The notes beneath the pieces were generated by a model that saw only the letters and a list, made by a program, of their open reading frames with translations, searched no databases and was not told where the DNA came from. From Myxococcota bacterium (lineage in GTDB: Bacteria > Myxococcota_A > Polyangia > Nannocystales > Nannocystaceae), in the NCBI GenBank assembly GCA_039028615.1, contig JBCCHT010000001.1, positions 128,001-192,000 on the forward strand: a stretch of 64,000 nt of DNA. The letters run 5' to 3'. Numbering within the stretch: the stretch's first letter is position 1; each line of letters opens with the position of its first letter. Of this stretch, positions 38,907 to 48,154 are shown piece after piece. The position numbers were made by a program, and so were the translations under genes.

Positions 38907-40949
38907 ATGCCTCGGAAACCACTCCTCCGTGCCTCTAGCGCCCTACCCCGGGCTGCTGCTGCCTCGCTTCTTGCCCTGAACCTGGCCTGCACCCCCGCGG
39001 AAGAAACCCGAGTTCCCGGACCTGAGATCCCGCTTCGGCAATGGGAAGAGCAGGTCGAGGAGGACGGCGAGCTCGCTCTCGAACTGCTCGCTGCGCCCAG
39101 CCAGGCGCCAGGACACGTGGAGGGGCGCCTCTTCCGAGGACGGCTTTGCCAGGGCCTCGTCCACCAGGAGGTCAGCCGCACCGACCAGGTCCAGACGAAG
39201 GCGTCGGCTGGTGTGGGCACCCTGCTGGTGGGGATCGGAATGGCCGCCGTAGGCACTACGCTCGTCGCGACAGCCCCCTTGCGCCGAGGCACCCCTCGAG
39301 GAGATGCCCGGACGAGCCCTCGAACGAGGAGCTTCATTGCCGGAGGGGTCGGGCTCGCGTGGGGCGTGCCCATGGCGACCTGGTCCGGCGTCGAACTCAT
39401 CCGGGGACGTGAACGTGAAGTGACCGAGACCTACCAGGTCAGCCAACGGGTCGGCGAAGCTTCGCCCTGCGGCCAGGCCCCTGTCGCCGAAGCCAAGATC
39501 TGGTTCTCGGTCGACTCGCTGCCCATGACGCGCAGCTACGCTGCGACCACCGACGAGATCGGCCACTTTTCCTTCGACTTGATGTCCATCACCGATGGTC
39601 TGGTGCCCTCGGTGGATGCGGACGACGAAGCTCGTGAGCTACTTCTTGAGCAAGGCATCCACTTCCCCGTCGCCAAGCAGAGCACGCTGACGCTTTCGGT
39701 GGAGTACGAGGTGGGAGACCTGAAGCCGGTGGAGATCGATCTGGGCGACTGGTTCTCCGAGCCTGCCCGGCGGATCGCCGTGGCTTGCAACCCTCCACAG
39801 CCGGCCACGGCGTGCGAACAAGTCGTGGCCGAGCTCAGGGATGAGCACGCCGCAACCCCTCACGCCCTCGCTTTCTTGGCTCTGCTGGCCCTCACCCTGA
39901 GCCAGGAGATGCAAGGCACCTACAAAGGCGCCAGGCGCGAGGGACGACGCCATGGAAAGGGCACCGCCACCTACGCGGGGGGAAGGCGCTACGAAGGCCA
40001 GTGGAAAGAGGGGTGGCGCGAGGGCCGGGGCAGCTACAAAGATCCCGAGCGGTCCCTCGAGTACGTGGGCATGTGGAAGCAGGGGCGCCGCCAAGGAAAG
40101 GGGCTCCAGACAACGCCCGACTACCGCTACGAGGGGCAGTTCGAGGCTGACCAGATCAGCGGTCAGGGAACGATGACCTACGCCAGTGGGATCAAGCACC
40201 GAGGCCAATTCAAGGACGGTGTCCCCATGGGGCGAGGCGTCCGAACGCGCCCGAACGGGCTGATGCTTGAGGCCGAGTACGACGACCAGACCATCGTCAC
40301 GGGCAAGAATGCTCGAGTGCAGTGGCCCAGCGGTGTGGTCTGGGAAGGCGCCTGGAATGACACCCTCTCCGGAGGCCACTACTCCTTCACCAACCCCCAT
40401 CGGCGGTCTGCGAGCGAACTTTACGTCCAGGCCGGTCGATTGCTGGACGAGGGCGAGATCGACCATGCCAAGCTCATCCTTCGTTTCGTAGCGAAGTCCA
40501 ATCCCGGAAGCGAAGCGGCTCGCAGATCGGTAGATCGCCTAGCGGTACTAAGGCAGAGCGAGAAGGAGACGGCCCGAGAGCAGGAACAGCGCGAAGCTGA
40601 GCAGGAGGCCCTCGCCCGCCGGGAAGCGGAGGAAAGGGAGCAGGCCCAAGAAGCCGCCGAGCGCAGGCCCAGCGAGAGCACGAAGAGCGGCTGCGGCTTC
40701 GCCGCGAGCGCAACAAGTGCATGGCGGCCTGCGAAGGACTCAGCCGGGACGGCTTCGCCAGCCCCTGGGGCAAGTGCCGCCAGCGGTGTGAGGCGATTTG
40801 GTAGCATTCCCGTACCTCAAATCCGCCTGCATTTCGGAGGCAAACGACACGCGGGTCAGTCTTGTTATCATCAAATTCGCTATGCCAACCGAGGAAAAGG
40901 ACGTTCCCTCCGCCCCAGATCAACAGACGCAGCGAAGCACAATAGATGA
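38907..40949 (+). CDS. MORN-repeat lipoprotein; C-terminus probably frameshifted (natural stop at 40804)
   Basis: LNLAC lipobox; repeated YEGQWKEGxRxGxG units; see the frameshift finding. Confidence 0.8.
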   Translation: MPRKPLLRASSALPRAAAASLLALNLACTPAEETRVPGPEIPLRQWEEQVEEDGELALELLAAPSQAPGHVEGRLFRGRLCQGLVHQEVSRTDQVQTKASAGVGTLLVGIGMAAVGTTLVATAPLRRGTPRGDARTSPRTRSFIAGGVGLAWGVPMATWSGVELIRGREREVTETYQVSQRVGEASPCGQAPVAEAKIWFSVDSLPMTRSYAATTDEIGHFSFDLMSITDGLVPSVDADDEARELLLEQGIHFPVAKQSTLTLSVEYEVGDLKPVEIDLGDWFSEPARRIAVACNPPQPATACEQVVAELRDEHAATPHALAFLALLALTLSQEMQGTYKGARREGRRHGKGTATYAGGRRYEGQWKEGWREGRGSYKDPERSLEYVGMWKQGRRQGKGLQTTPDYRYEGQFEADQISGQGTMTYASGIKHRGQFKDGVPMGRGVRTRPNGLMLEAEYDDQTIVTGKNARVQWPSGVVWEGAWNDTLSGGHYSFTNPHRRSASELYVQAGRLLDEGEIDHAKLILRFVAKSNPGSEAARRSVDRLAVLRQSEKETAREQEQREAEQEALARREAEEREQAQEAAERRPSESTKSGCGFAASATSAWRPAKDSAGTASPAPGASAASGVRRFGSIPVPQIRLHFGGKRHAGQSCYHQIRYANRGKGRSLRPRSTDAAKHNR

Positions 40950-42318
40950 CCGCATGGATGCGCTCGGTAAAGAGCTGCACCAACAGAGACTTGAATTGCT
41001 CGAGCAGGAACACCGAATCACACACACAACCAAAAACGTACTCAATCACCTATTCGGAGATAAAGATCCGCAAACCAGCGAGCAAGAATGGAAGGAGCGT
41101 CAGCAAGCATCGATCAGAGCACTCCTATGGCGGTTTCTACTTCCACTACCAGCGGCAGCAGCAGGCATCAGCATTCTAAGCATAGCGGGACTCTATCTCG
41201 CCTGGCAGGCCAACGCCCTAATCGACACCCAAAACAATCAAATTGCAGCACAAACAGAAGCGGCGTCGAAACAGAATTCAATCACAGAAGCACAAAACGA
41301 CTTCCTGCACAGACAGAACGAACTAATCGCCCAGCAAACCAAGAAAATCGAGCTACAAATTGAGTTCGCAGAGAAGCAGGACCAAAAAATCCAGGATCAA
41401 ATCGACCTTTCGACTCAGCAAAACGAGCTACTACAGCAAGAACTAGGCCGAAATTACTTTGAACACAAGCGAAACCTAACCCAAATCATCTACCGAAGGC
41501 ACATATCGGGACAACGAACGTGCCCCCCACCGGCGCACAAGGGTTGTAAAAAGAGAGCATTCGCACTCATCTCAAGCAGTGATGAGCGAGGCCAAGCGGC
41601 GGTCGAACTAAGTCACCTAGAACAGGAGATGGGCACCGCGCTCATGCTCTACCAAACGGATCTTAGCAATTCGTCCCTAGTCCAAGGAAACTTTCGTTCA
41701 GCACAACTCCAACACAGCAACCTAGCCAACGCAGACATGGTAGGCACAGACCTCCATGGCGCGTTCCTCTCGAATTCGAACATGCATAGGATTGACCTTC
41801 ATGGCGCTGAGCTAGCAGAAGCGCACATACGTGGCGCGAATCTTCGATATGCAATCCTTCGGGTAGCAAACCTCGAGGGGGCAGATCTGGAAGAAGCCAA
41901 CCTCTCGCACTCACGATTCGACGGCGCAAACCTGGCGGGAGCAAAACTCCAGAACGCAACGATCACAGACGCAGACGGATACAATGCACAACTATCAAAC
42001 GCAGATCTAAGAGGCTCGAAATTCTCAGGAACAGACCTTGTATGCGCCGACCTTAGCTACGCAGATCTTTCAAACGCAGACCTATCCGGCGCCTTTCTCA
42101 AGGAGACAAAACTTGAGGAAGCGACATTCAACAACACAAAGTGCCCAGACGGAAGCCTAAGCACATCTCGCACCCCCCAAGACTGCCCCGCCACAACGTT
42201 CGGAACATTGCCAAAGGACGCGAAAACAGACGGAGCACATTGGCACAAATGGCTCCCCTGTCCTGATGGAGACTACTCGGGGCCGATGGTCGGCAACCCG
42301 AACATCTGGATTAGATAG
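40882..42318 (+). CDS. Membrane-anchored coiled-coil pentapeptide-repeat protein
   Basis: One TM, Gln-rich coil, long A(N/D)Lxx repeat tract; A-rich codon usage. Confidence 0.88.
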   Translation: MPTEEKDVPSAPDQQTQRSTIDDRMDALGKELHQQRLELLEQEHRITHTTKNVLNHLFGDKDPQTSEQEWKERQQASIRALLWRFLLPLPAAAAGISILSIAGLYLAWQANALIDTQNNQIAAQTEAASKQNSITEAQNDFLHRQNELIAQQTKKIELQIEFAEKQDQKIQDQIDLSTQQNELLQQELGRNYFEHKRNLTQIIYRRHISGQRTCPPPAHKGCKKRAFALISSSDERGQAAVELSHLEQEMGTALMLYQTDLSNSSLVQGNFRSAQLQHSNLANADMVGTDLHGAFLSNSNMHRIDLHGAELAEAHIRGANLRYAILRVANLEGADLEEANLSHSRFDGANLAGAKLQNATITDADGYNAQLSNADLRGSKFSGTDLVCADLSYADLSNADLSGAFLKETKLEEATFNNTKCPDGSLSTSRTPQDCPATTFGTLPKDAKTDGAHWHKWLPCPDGDYSGPMVGNPNIWIR

Positions 42319-42331
42319 TCTTCATCTTCGC

Positions 42332-44326
42332 TCAACCCACCGATGATGCATCTGCCTCCACACTGGAGAAGTTCGTGGATTTTTTCCCTGCGGGCACGAT
42401 CTCAAGCTGCTCCGGCTCGCCCAAAATCTTGCTCACCAGATCCTCACCATCAGACTTCCGATAGCGCCCCTCGAGCTGGCTACGTAGCCGGAAGAGCCTT
42501 GCGTTAGCGGTGTCAACCAGTTGGTTGTACGTCACCGGCGTGATTTCTCCCAGGTCGTGTTTGTCTCTGGAGACCTTGCGGCTATGGACTCGAGGGTCCA
42601 CAGAATAGCCCACCACGAAGGCATCAATTAGCGGGGGGCCATCGAGGTGCCCAGACTCAAGAATGTCCTCGACGTAGCCGGTGGCCTGCTCCATGTCCTT
42701 TCGGCCGATCTTCGAGCGCCCTTTCTTCAACTCGATCAGTAGAACGCGGCGAAGCACCGACAAAGGCTTCCCGTTCTGGAAGTCCTCCGCCCCCACCGCC
42801 GAGAACGTGGCGTCGTGTGCCACCAGAATGTCGGGACGAACGAGCGGTCGAGGCAGGTCCTCCTCGGGCAGCCCTTTCTCTCCCAAAACCGTGGCAATGG
42901 CACCTTTGATCCTTCGATTGGACGCATAGACGGGGGAGTCATACTCAGGACCGAAGAGCCACCGTGATTGAGTCACCAGGGGGTGCAGCGTGTGGAGTTC
43001 GTCGGTATCGGCGTCCGCGCAGAGCTTGTCGATCGCGGTCACGGTGCTCAAGCGTCGATCGATCTCGTCGAGCACCGCGATGGCGTCTTGGATGCTCCAG
43101 TCGTCGAGCAACCGGTCCAGCGCCTCCCGGTCTTCCTCCGGCATCGAAACCAGCCGTTGAAGAAGCTTGGCACCGGAGCGCGAGGACTCGAGCTCGATCG
43201 CCGCAGCAACCACCGCCTCCAGGTCATCGATGTTCATCGTGGGGCGCTTGGCGGATACAGACTCGACGATCTGAGCCACGTCCTTTCGGCCGGTGCGCGA
43301 TAGACCTCGAAGCGCCCCCACATGTTCTCGAACAACGGTCTCCTTTTTCTCTTCGATCCTCGTCGATAGTAGCGACGAGAGAACGTCCCGGGTGACCGCC
43401 GCCGCCTCCTCCAAGAACGCGTCGACCTCGGCCGAGGGCTTGAAGCTCGACCAATCCGCTTGCACGTGGTCCGACAGAGCGTCCGCCTTGATGACGAAGG
43501 TGTATCGCCGCGCCTCACGACTGCGGCCATCGAGAATCGTGTCCTGGCCGACCTGCCACGAAGGTTGGCCGACCAAGCGGCGATTCACCCAGAAGGCCAC
43601 GCCGTGATGGAAGAGCCGATGGGCATGCTTGCTCCCGTCGAGCACATACAAGCGCCCCAGGCACTGGCCATCGACGACCACATCGCGCTCGAACTCGTCC
43701 CCTGAGAGCTTGAAGAGATCGAGCTTTTCTCCATTGACCACGATCTGGAAGCTCGGATCTTGGGCAAAACGAGCTGCGATCACCTGGCGAATGCGATCAG
43801 GGTTCGGCAAGTGTCGCTCCACTCGGACCTTCAGTTTCACCCCCGTGGTGCGAGCGTTCTTCTTCGCGCCGTAGCTGGCCTCGAGGGGCTGCTCCCCCTG
43901 AGTCATACGTACGCGTATGGGCCAGCACACCTTGTCCCGACGAATCTCAATATCGTACTTGTCGTCGAAGCACAGGAGTCCGTGACGACCCACCCCATTT
44001 CGCCCAAAGGCATGGCGCGGTTTCCCCTTCCACTTCGGTGGCTGGTCAGCGAGCTTCCCCTGGTGACGTAGACGGTTGTAGCCCAGCATCATCCATCGGG
44101 AAGCAAAATCATCCCGAGTGAGGCCTGCTCCGTCGTCTTTGACAACCAACAGGCCTCCGATTTCCTCGGGAATCTGGATATCGACCTTGCTGGCGCCAGC
44201 GTCCCAAGCATTGGCCACCAGCTCGGTGAGCGCCACATCAGGGAGCAAGGTGAGGGAAGCGGGTACCGCACGCAGGAGGAAGTCCTCCTCGAAGAGGGAA
44301 CGCTGAACCTGCTCTTTGGCCACCAC
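42332..44326 (-). CDS. GHKL (MORC/HATPase_c_3-like) ATPase fused to a PD-(D/E)xK nuclease-like domain
   Basis: ELVANAWDA, DDGAG and GRNGVG boxes; C-terminal RPDIL...LLIELKK...QATGY. Confidence 0.82.
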   Translation of the reverse strand: MVAKEQVQRSLFEEDFLLRAVPASLTLLPDVALTELVANAWDAGASKVDIQIPEEIGGLLVVKDDGAGLTRDDFASRWMMLGYNRLRHQGKLADQPPKWKGKPRHAFGRNGVGRHGLLCFDDKYDIEIRRDKVCWPIRVRMTQGEQPLEASYGAKKNARTTGVKLKVRVERHLPNPDRIRQVIAARFAQDPSFQIVVNGEKLDLFKLSGDEFERDVVVDGQCLGRLYVLDGSKHAHRLFHHGVAFWVNRRLVGQPSWQVGQDTILDGRSREARRYTFVIKADALSDHVQADWSSFKPSAEVDAFLEEAAAVTRDVLSSLLSTRIEEKKETVVREHVGALRGLSRTGRKDVAQIVESVSAKRPTMNIDDLEAVVAAAIELESSRSGAKLLQRLVSMPEEDREALDRLLDDWSIQDAIAVLDEIDRRLSTVTAIDKLCADADTDELHTLHPLVTQSRWLFGPEYDSPVYASNRRIKGAIATVLGEKGLPEEDLPRPLVRPDILVAHDATFSAVGAEDFQNGKPLSVLRRVLLIELKKGRSKIGRKDMEQATGYVEDILESGHLDGPPLIDAFVVGYSVDPRVHSRKVSRDKHDLGEITPVTYNQLVDTANARLFRLRSQLEGRYRKSDGEDLVSKILGEPEQLEIVPAGKKSTNFSSVEADASSVG

Positions 44327-44501
44327 ACCAGCCTACGCGTGCCGCCGCGAGCGGGTCCAGCAATTGACATCGCCAAGGCGGCACATGGACCGAACGGGCC
44401 AGACGCCAGGACAAGACAACCGGTGGAGCCCGACAGCTCCCAGTGATCACATCGAAGCATGGAGCCTGCGCAGCAGCGCTCAAACAGACCCCTCCGCTTC
44501 C

Positions 44502-44713
44502 GTCGGGGAGTTGTCGGGGCCGCCGGGAGGCGACCCCGACTTCGCCCTTTGTTCCCCACAAGCGAGGACCCTCCGGGACGAAGCGAGTGGGGAACAAAGG
44601 GCGAAGTCGGGGTCGAGCGGCGAGCGAAGTGCCCCGACAACTCCCCGACTTTCCTGCTCAGATGCCTCTTTCTGAGCAGGCTGACCCGTACCGGCTCGGC
44701 GCCGAGCCGGTAC
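44502..44713. repeat. Cluster of long perfect inverted repeats
   Basis: 19-bp arms (44502-44520/44631-44649) enclose 29-bp arms (44531-44559/44587-44615); 10-bp hairpin at 44653-44680; 26-bp perfect palindrome at 44688-44713. Confidence 0.92.
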
Positions 44714-45041
44714 ACCTTTTGGTAGGGTCCTGGGAGGGGCTTGGTACCCCTGCGCTCGGACATCGGCCACGCCCTCCAAGAGCTCGCGCCCCAGAACCGG
44801 ACAGTAGCTGGCTCTCACCCGTAACAAGCGGCCATGGAGCCGGCTCCGCTGGACGCTACGGGAATGAAATGCGTCCGGCGATGGTCTCGTTTTGTGCCAG
44901 GAAGTGCGTGCCGTCCTGGTCTAGATCTACGTTCGCGAAGCGCGACTCGCCCGCGCTCGGAGACGCTCCCATACGGGCGAGGCGTTTCCTGCTGCGAGTG
45001 CCTTCCCTCGCAAACCTTCTCGCACTCTGGAAAGGAGCACC

Positions 45042-46631
45042 GTGACCGACGACGCAAAGAAACAACAAACCATCGAAGAACAAAAAATGAAGCAGGAGCT
45101 ACGGAAGCTCGAGTGGGAAAATTCGTGGCCCAGCAAGCTCCTAGCGGGCGCACCGAGCCTCTCGGTACTGGTCGGTATCGGGGCGCTCCTATTCTCGGTC
45201 TGCCAATGGCGTCAGCAACAAGAAGCCAACCGGCAGGAGGCGAAGGAGGCTCGCAAGAACCGAGCCGAACAACGAGCACATGAGCAAGACCTACGCCAGG
45301 AAGAACGAGCCGAAGATGCGAAGAACCGTCGAGCAACGCAGCTTGATCTCGTGCTCTCGGGAGACGAGGCACAACGGGCCGCAGCGGCGATCAATCTTGC
45401 GCAGCAGCTTGCCCAGAGCGAGGGAAAAATCCACTCCCCCGACATCAAGGAGCAGGAGAGCATCCTCCTGCAACTCGCATCAGCGATCCCTCTGGAGCGA
45501 TCAGCTCATGTGCGCAGCCTAGCCGTGGGAGCGCTGGCGCAGGCAGCGGCCCGCGAGGACCTGAAGGGCCCACTCGGCGCAGTTCTCGAGGAGCTCATTC
45601 GCTCCAACCGAGCCATGTATTATGCCCACCGATTCTGGCGATCCGGGAATATCATCCGCAACGAGCACGAGTTCCAGCATGGACCGATTGAGGCTGGTTC
45701 TCCGACCGCCAGAGCGATCTCCACCGGTCACGCCATCGCGGCCCTCGTTCGTGAGGGCGTTCGACCCAGCAGTTCGCCTTCGGCCTCACCGGAGTTTAGC
45801 ACTCCTCCCTCAAGCACCCCGTGTCCCGGCGAATACAAGCTCGACCTGTCCAACGTCTACTGCGCCACCTGCGATTTCTCTGGCCTAAACGTGGATATGA
45901 GCTGCACGAACTTCCAAGATGCCATCCTCCAAAAAGCCAACTTCAGCGAAGCCAACCTCCAGGGAAGCAACTTCAACCGAGCGGAAATGGCAGGTGCGTG
46001 GTTCATTCAAGCCGACTTGCAGTCTGCAATATTCGCAAGCTTTGAATCCGACGACAGAGAGGAGGTCAGGACTGAGAACATCCACTGGCCACTACTTATC
46101 GATGTCATGTCCAAGCCGCCAAGCGAGCTAGAGTTCATCGCTCCTGACAAAGACGGTGAACTCTACATCGAGGGCCCCTCGTTTCGCTGCGCAGATCTTC
46201 GAAACGCAGACTTCGGCAGGCGAACCGTCTTTGCATTCGCCCCGAACAAACCAAGATCCACAGGAGCTTATCTTCACCCCATGAATTTCGTCGGCGCAGA
46301 TTTACAAGGTGCCAACTTGGAGATCGCGACAAAGATGGGCTTCACCGTTCCCAATGGAAAATGGCTATTTCGTGGGAACGGACCAAGCCGGGAAACGAAC
46401 AACATCTGGCTCTGGTTCGAATTTGGAGGCGAACCAAACCAGGCCAACAAGAAGTACTACACAGGCTCCTTCGACAGTATTCGACAATCCTTCTTCGGCT
46501 CCACATGGAGAGAAGCTGCTATCCCCGACTGGTTTCAGGAAATAATGGAGGAGGAGCTACCGCAGTGGGGTATGCACGGACCCCCCTGCACTCCCCGCAG
46601 CCCGAGAATGGAAAAAAGAACGTTCGAGTAG
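45042..46631 (+). CDS. Membrane-anchored pentapeptide-repeat protein
   Basis: AAGGAG RBS before GTG; TM, coil, helical region, then ANFSEANLQGSNFNRA repeats. Confidence 0.82.
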   Translation: MTDDAKKQQTIEEQKMKQELRKLEWENSWPSKLLAGAPSLSVLVGIGALLFSVCQWRQQQEANRQEAKEARKNRAEQRAHEQDLRQEERAEDAKNRRATQLDLVLSGDEAQRAAAAINLAQQLAQSEGKIHSPDIKEQESILLQLASAIPLERSAHVRSLAVGALAQAAAREDLKGPLGAVLEELIRSNRAMYYAHRFWRSGNIIRNEHEFQHGPIEAGSPTARAISTGHAIAALVREGVRPSSSPSASPEFSTPPSSTPCPGEYKLDLSNVYCATCDFSGLNVDMSCTNFQDAILQKANFSEANLQGSNFNRAEMAGAWFIQADLQSAIFASFESDDREEVRTENIHWPLLIDVMSKPPSELEFIAPDKDGELYIEGPSFRCADLRNADFGRRTVFAFAPNKPRSTGAYLHPMNFVGADLQGANLEIATKMGFTVPNGKWLFRGNGPSRETNNIWLWFEFGGEPNQANKKYYTGSFDSIRQSFFGSTWREAAIPDWFQEIMEEELPQWGMHGPPCTPRSPRMEKRTFE

Positions 46632-46804
46632 CCTTGACAGCGGAGCCCTACTGCGATCGCTACGAGGTCCCTCCCCCGCTCGAGCACGCATATGTGTCCC
46701 CCATGGGCGGCCCCGATGCTCGCAGCCCCGATGCTCGCAGCCCAGCGAGCAAGACGTCCCCAACATGCTACTGGGCCTCCGCGGGCTCTACATGGAGCGG
46801 GAGC

Positions 46805-47044
46805 TCACTTCGATCGCCGCGGCTTTCGCTCCGGCCGCATGAACTCCACCGGGTCGATGCGAAGCGCGACGGCGAGCTTGGTCAGGACGTCCGTGGTGGC
46901 GGCCCGCTCGCCGTCAAGAACCGCGTACAGGTGAGACCGGCTGATGCCGGCCCCTTCCGCCAGGGCCGTGAGCGTCACCTTCTTGCGCCCGGCAATCTCG
47001 CGGATTCTCCCGGCGACCCGGGCGCGAATCTGGTCGGGGTCCAC
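46805..47044 (-). CDS. Small XRE-family HTH regulator
   Basis: RIREIA..KKVTLTALAEGAGISRSHLYAVLDGE...TTDVLTKLAVAL. Confidence 0.88.
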   Translation of the reverse strand: MDPDQIRARVAGRIREIAGRKKVTLTALAEGAGISRSHLYAVLDGERAATTDVLTKLAVALRIDPVEFMRPERKPRRSK

Positions 47045-47072
47045 GGATCAGGACTCTATCCACCTGCAAGCC

Positions 47073-47127
47073 AACGTCCTGTTTAAAGGACGTCAATCGC
47101 TCGACAAAACGTCCTGTTTAAAGGACG
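47073..47127. promoter_or_regulatory. Twin identical palindromic operators
   Basis: AACGTCCTGTTTAAAGGACG at 47073-47092 and 47108-47127 (CGTCCT-N6-AGGACG), 35-bp period. Confidence 0.8.
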
Positions 47128-47138
47128 CTGACGCGACC

Positions 47139-47525
47139 ATGCTCGAGGACCCTCGACCCCCCCAAGCCGCGCAGACATCGATGTTGGAGACGCTTCAGAA
47201 GGCACTCGACAGAGCCTTTCCGCGCGAGGAGTCGCCGCCTACTCCCCCGGCACTGGAAGACCAACGCACGCCGCCCGACCCCAAGCGGATGCATCAACCG
47301 AGAAGTGCAGCTCTCGACGAGGAGGGATTGCTGCTCTGGCTGCTTGCGGGCCTTCGCCTCTTCCATGGCCCCACGCCGACTTGGCGTGAAGCAGCCCAGG
47401 AAACGCGACTGCTGATGGTCGAGCTCGCCAAGGTCCGCTGCCAGGGCAACATCACCCAAATGGCCCGGCTCCTGGGTTCGAGTCGACGAGCTGTACGAGA
47501 TGCACTGCGGACACGAAGTACTTGA
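47139..47525 (+). CDS. Small protein with C-terminal Fis-type HTH
   Basis: ELAKVRCQGNITQMARLLGSSRRAV. Confidence 0.6.
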   Translation: MLEDPRPPQAAQTSMLETLQKALDRAFPREESPPTPPALEDQRTPPDPKRMHQPRSAALDEEGLLLWLLAGLRLFHGPTPTWREAAQETRLLMVELAKVRCQGNITQMARLLGSSRRAVRDALRTRST

Positions 47526-48154
47526 ACGAACAGCCGATCTAGCCGGTCGGGGCTGCAAGGAGCCTGCCCCTTCTTGAATCGTTCACGCCCCTTGCGGTCC
47601 ACCGTGCGAGGGCTGCAACCGAAGCGGGCAATATCCCGTGCTATGGGAAGCGAGCACGCGCAGTTCGGAGTTCTGATTCATAGCATCGTGCTGGATCGTA
47701 GATCGCGACGAGTGTTGCCCGCGAGCACGGCTCCAAACACGAATACGAGTGGCCAAAGAGATCACCAAGCGCTCGGCGTATGGGCGCGAGGCATTTTGCC
47801 TCAATGCGTCTTGGTCGAGGCACGGACGGCGGCGAACCAGGAGCTCGACGTGAGTCCGCATCCTACTTTTGGAACCCACCAGGGGGCCTCGTTCAAGGTC
47901 TGCGCTCGATCTCCCATCGAGATCGAAATCGCTCCCTGAACAGCCCAAGTCCTTAAGGCACGAAGAGGACATCGGCACCAATCGAGCGCATTGACAGTTC
48001 GGCGGCGTTCGAACATGGTGTCGCGAACTCCGCACATAGCTAGCGACAAATTTCCCAGGGCAGGCGCGAATGCTTGGACTACCGCGCCCGTCGAAGGAAA
48101 CCGGATAGACGCAGGACGCTGGCTCACCCGGCCCACGATTCCCGAAGAACACAC

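Noticed and set aside
44502..44713. Retron msr/msd or protelomerase telRL site
   Set aside because: No reverse transcriptase or recognisable protelomerase gene is in the window
46710..46751. 15-bp tandem duplication GCCCCGATGCTCGCA with a small stem
   Set aside because: Only two copies; likely slippage or a terminator between convergent genes
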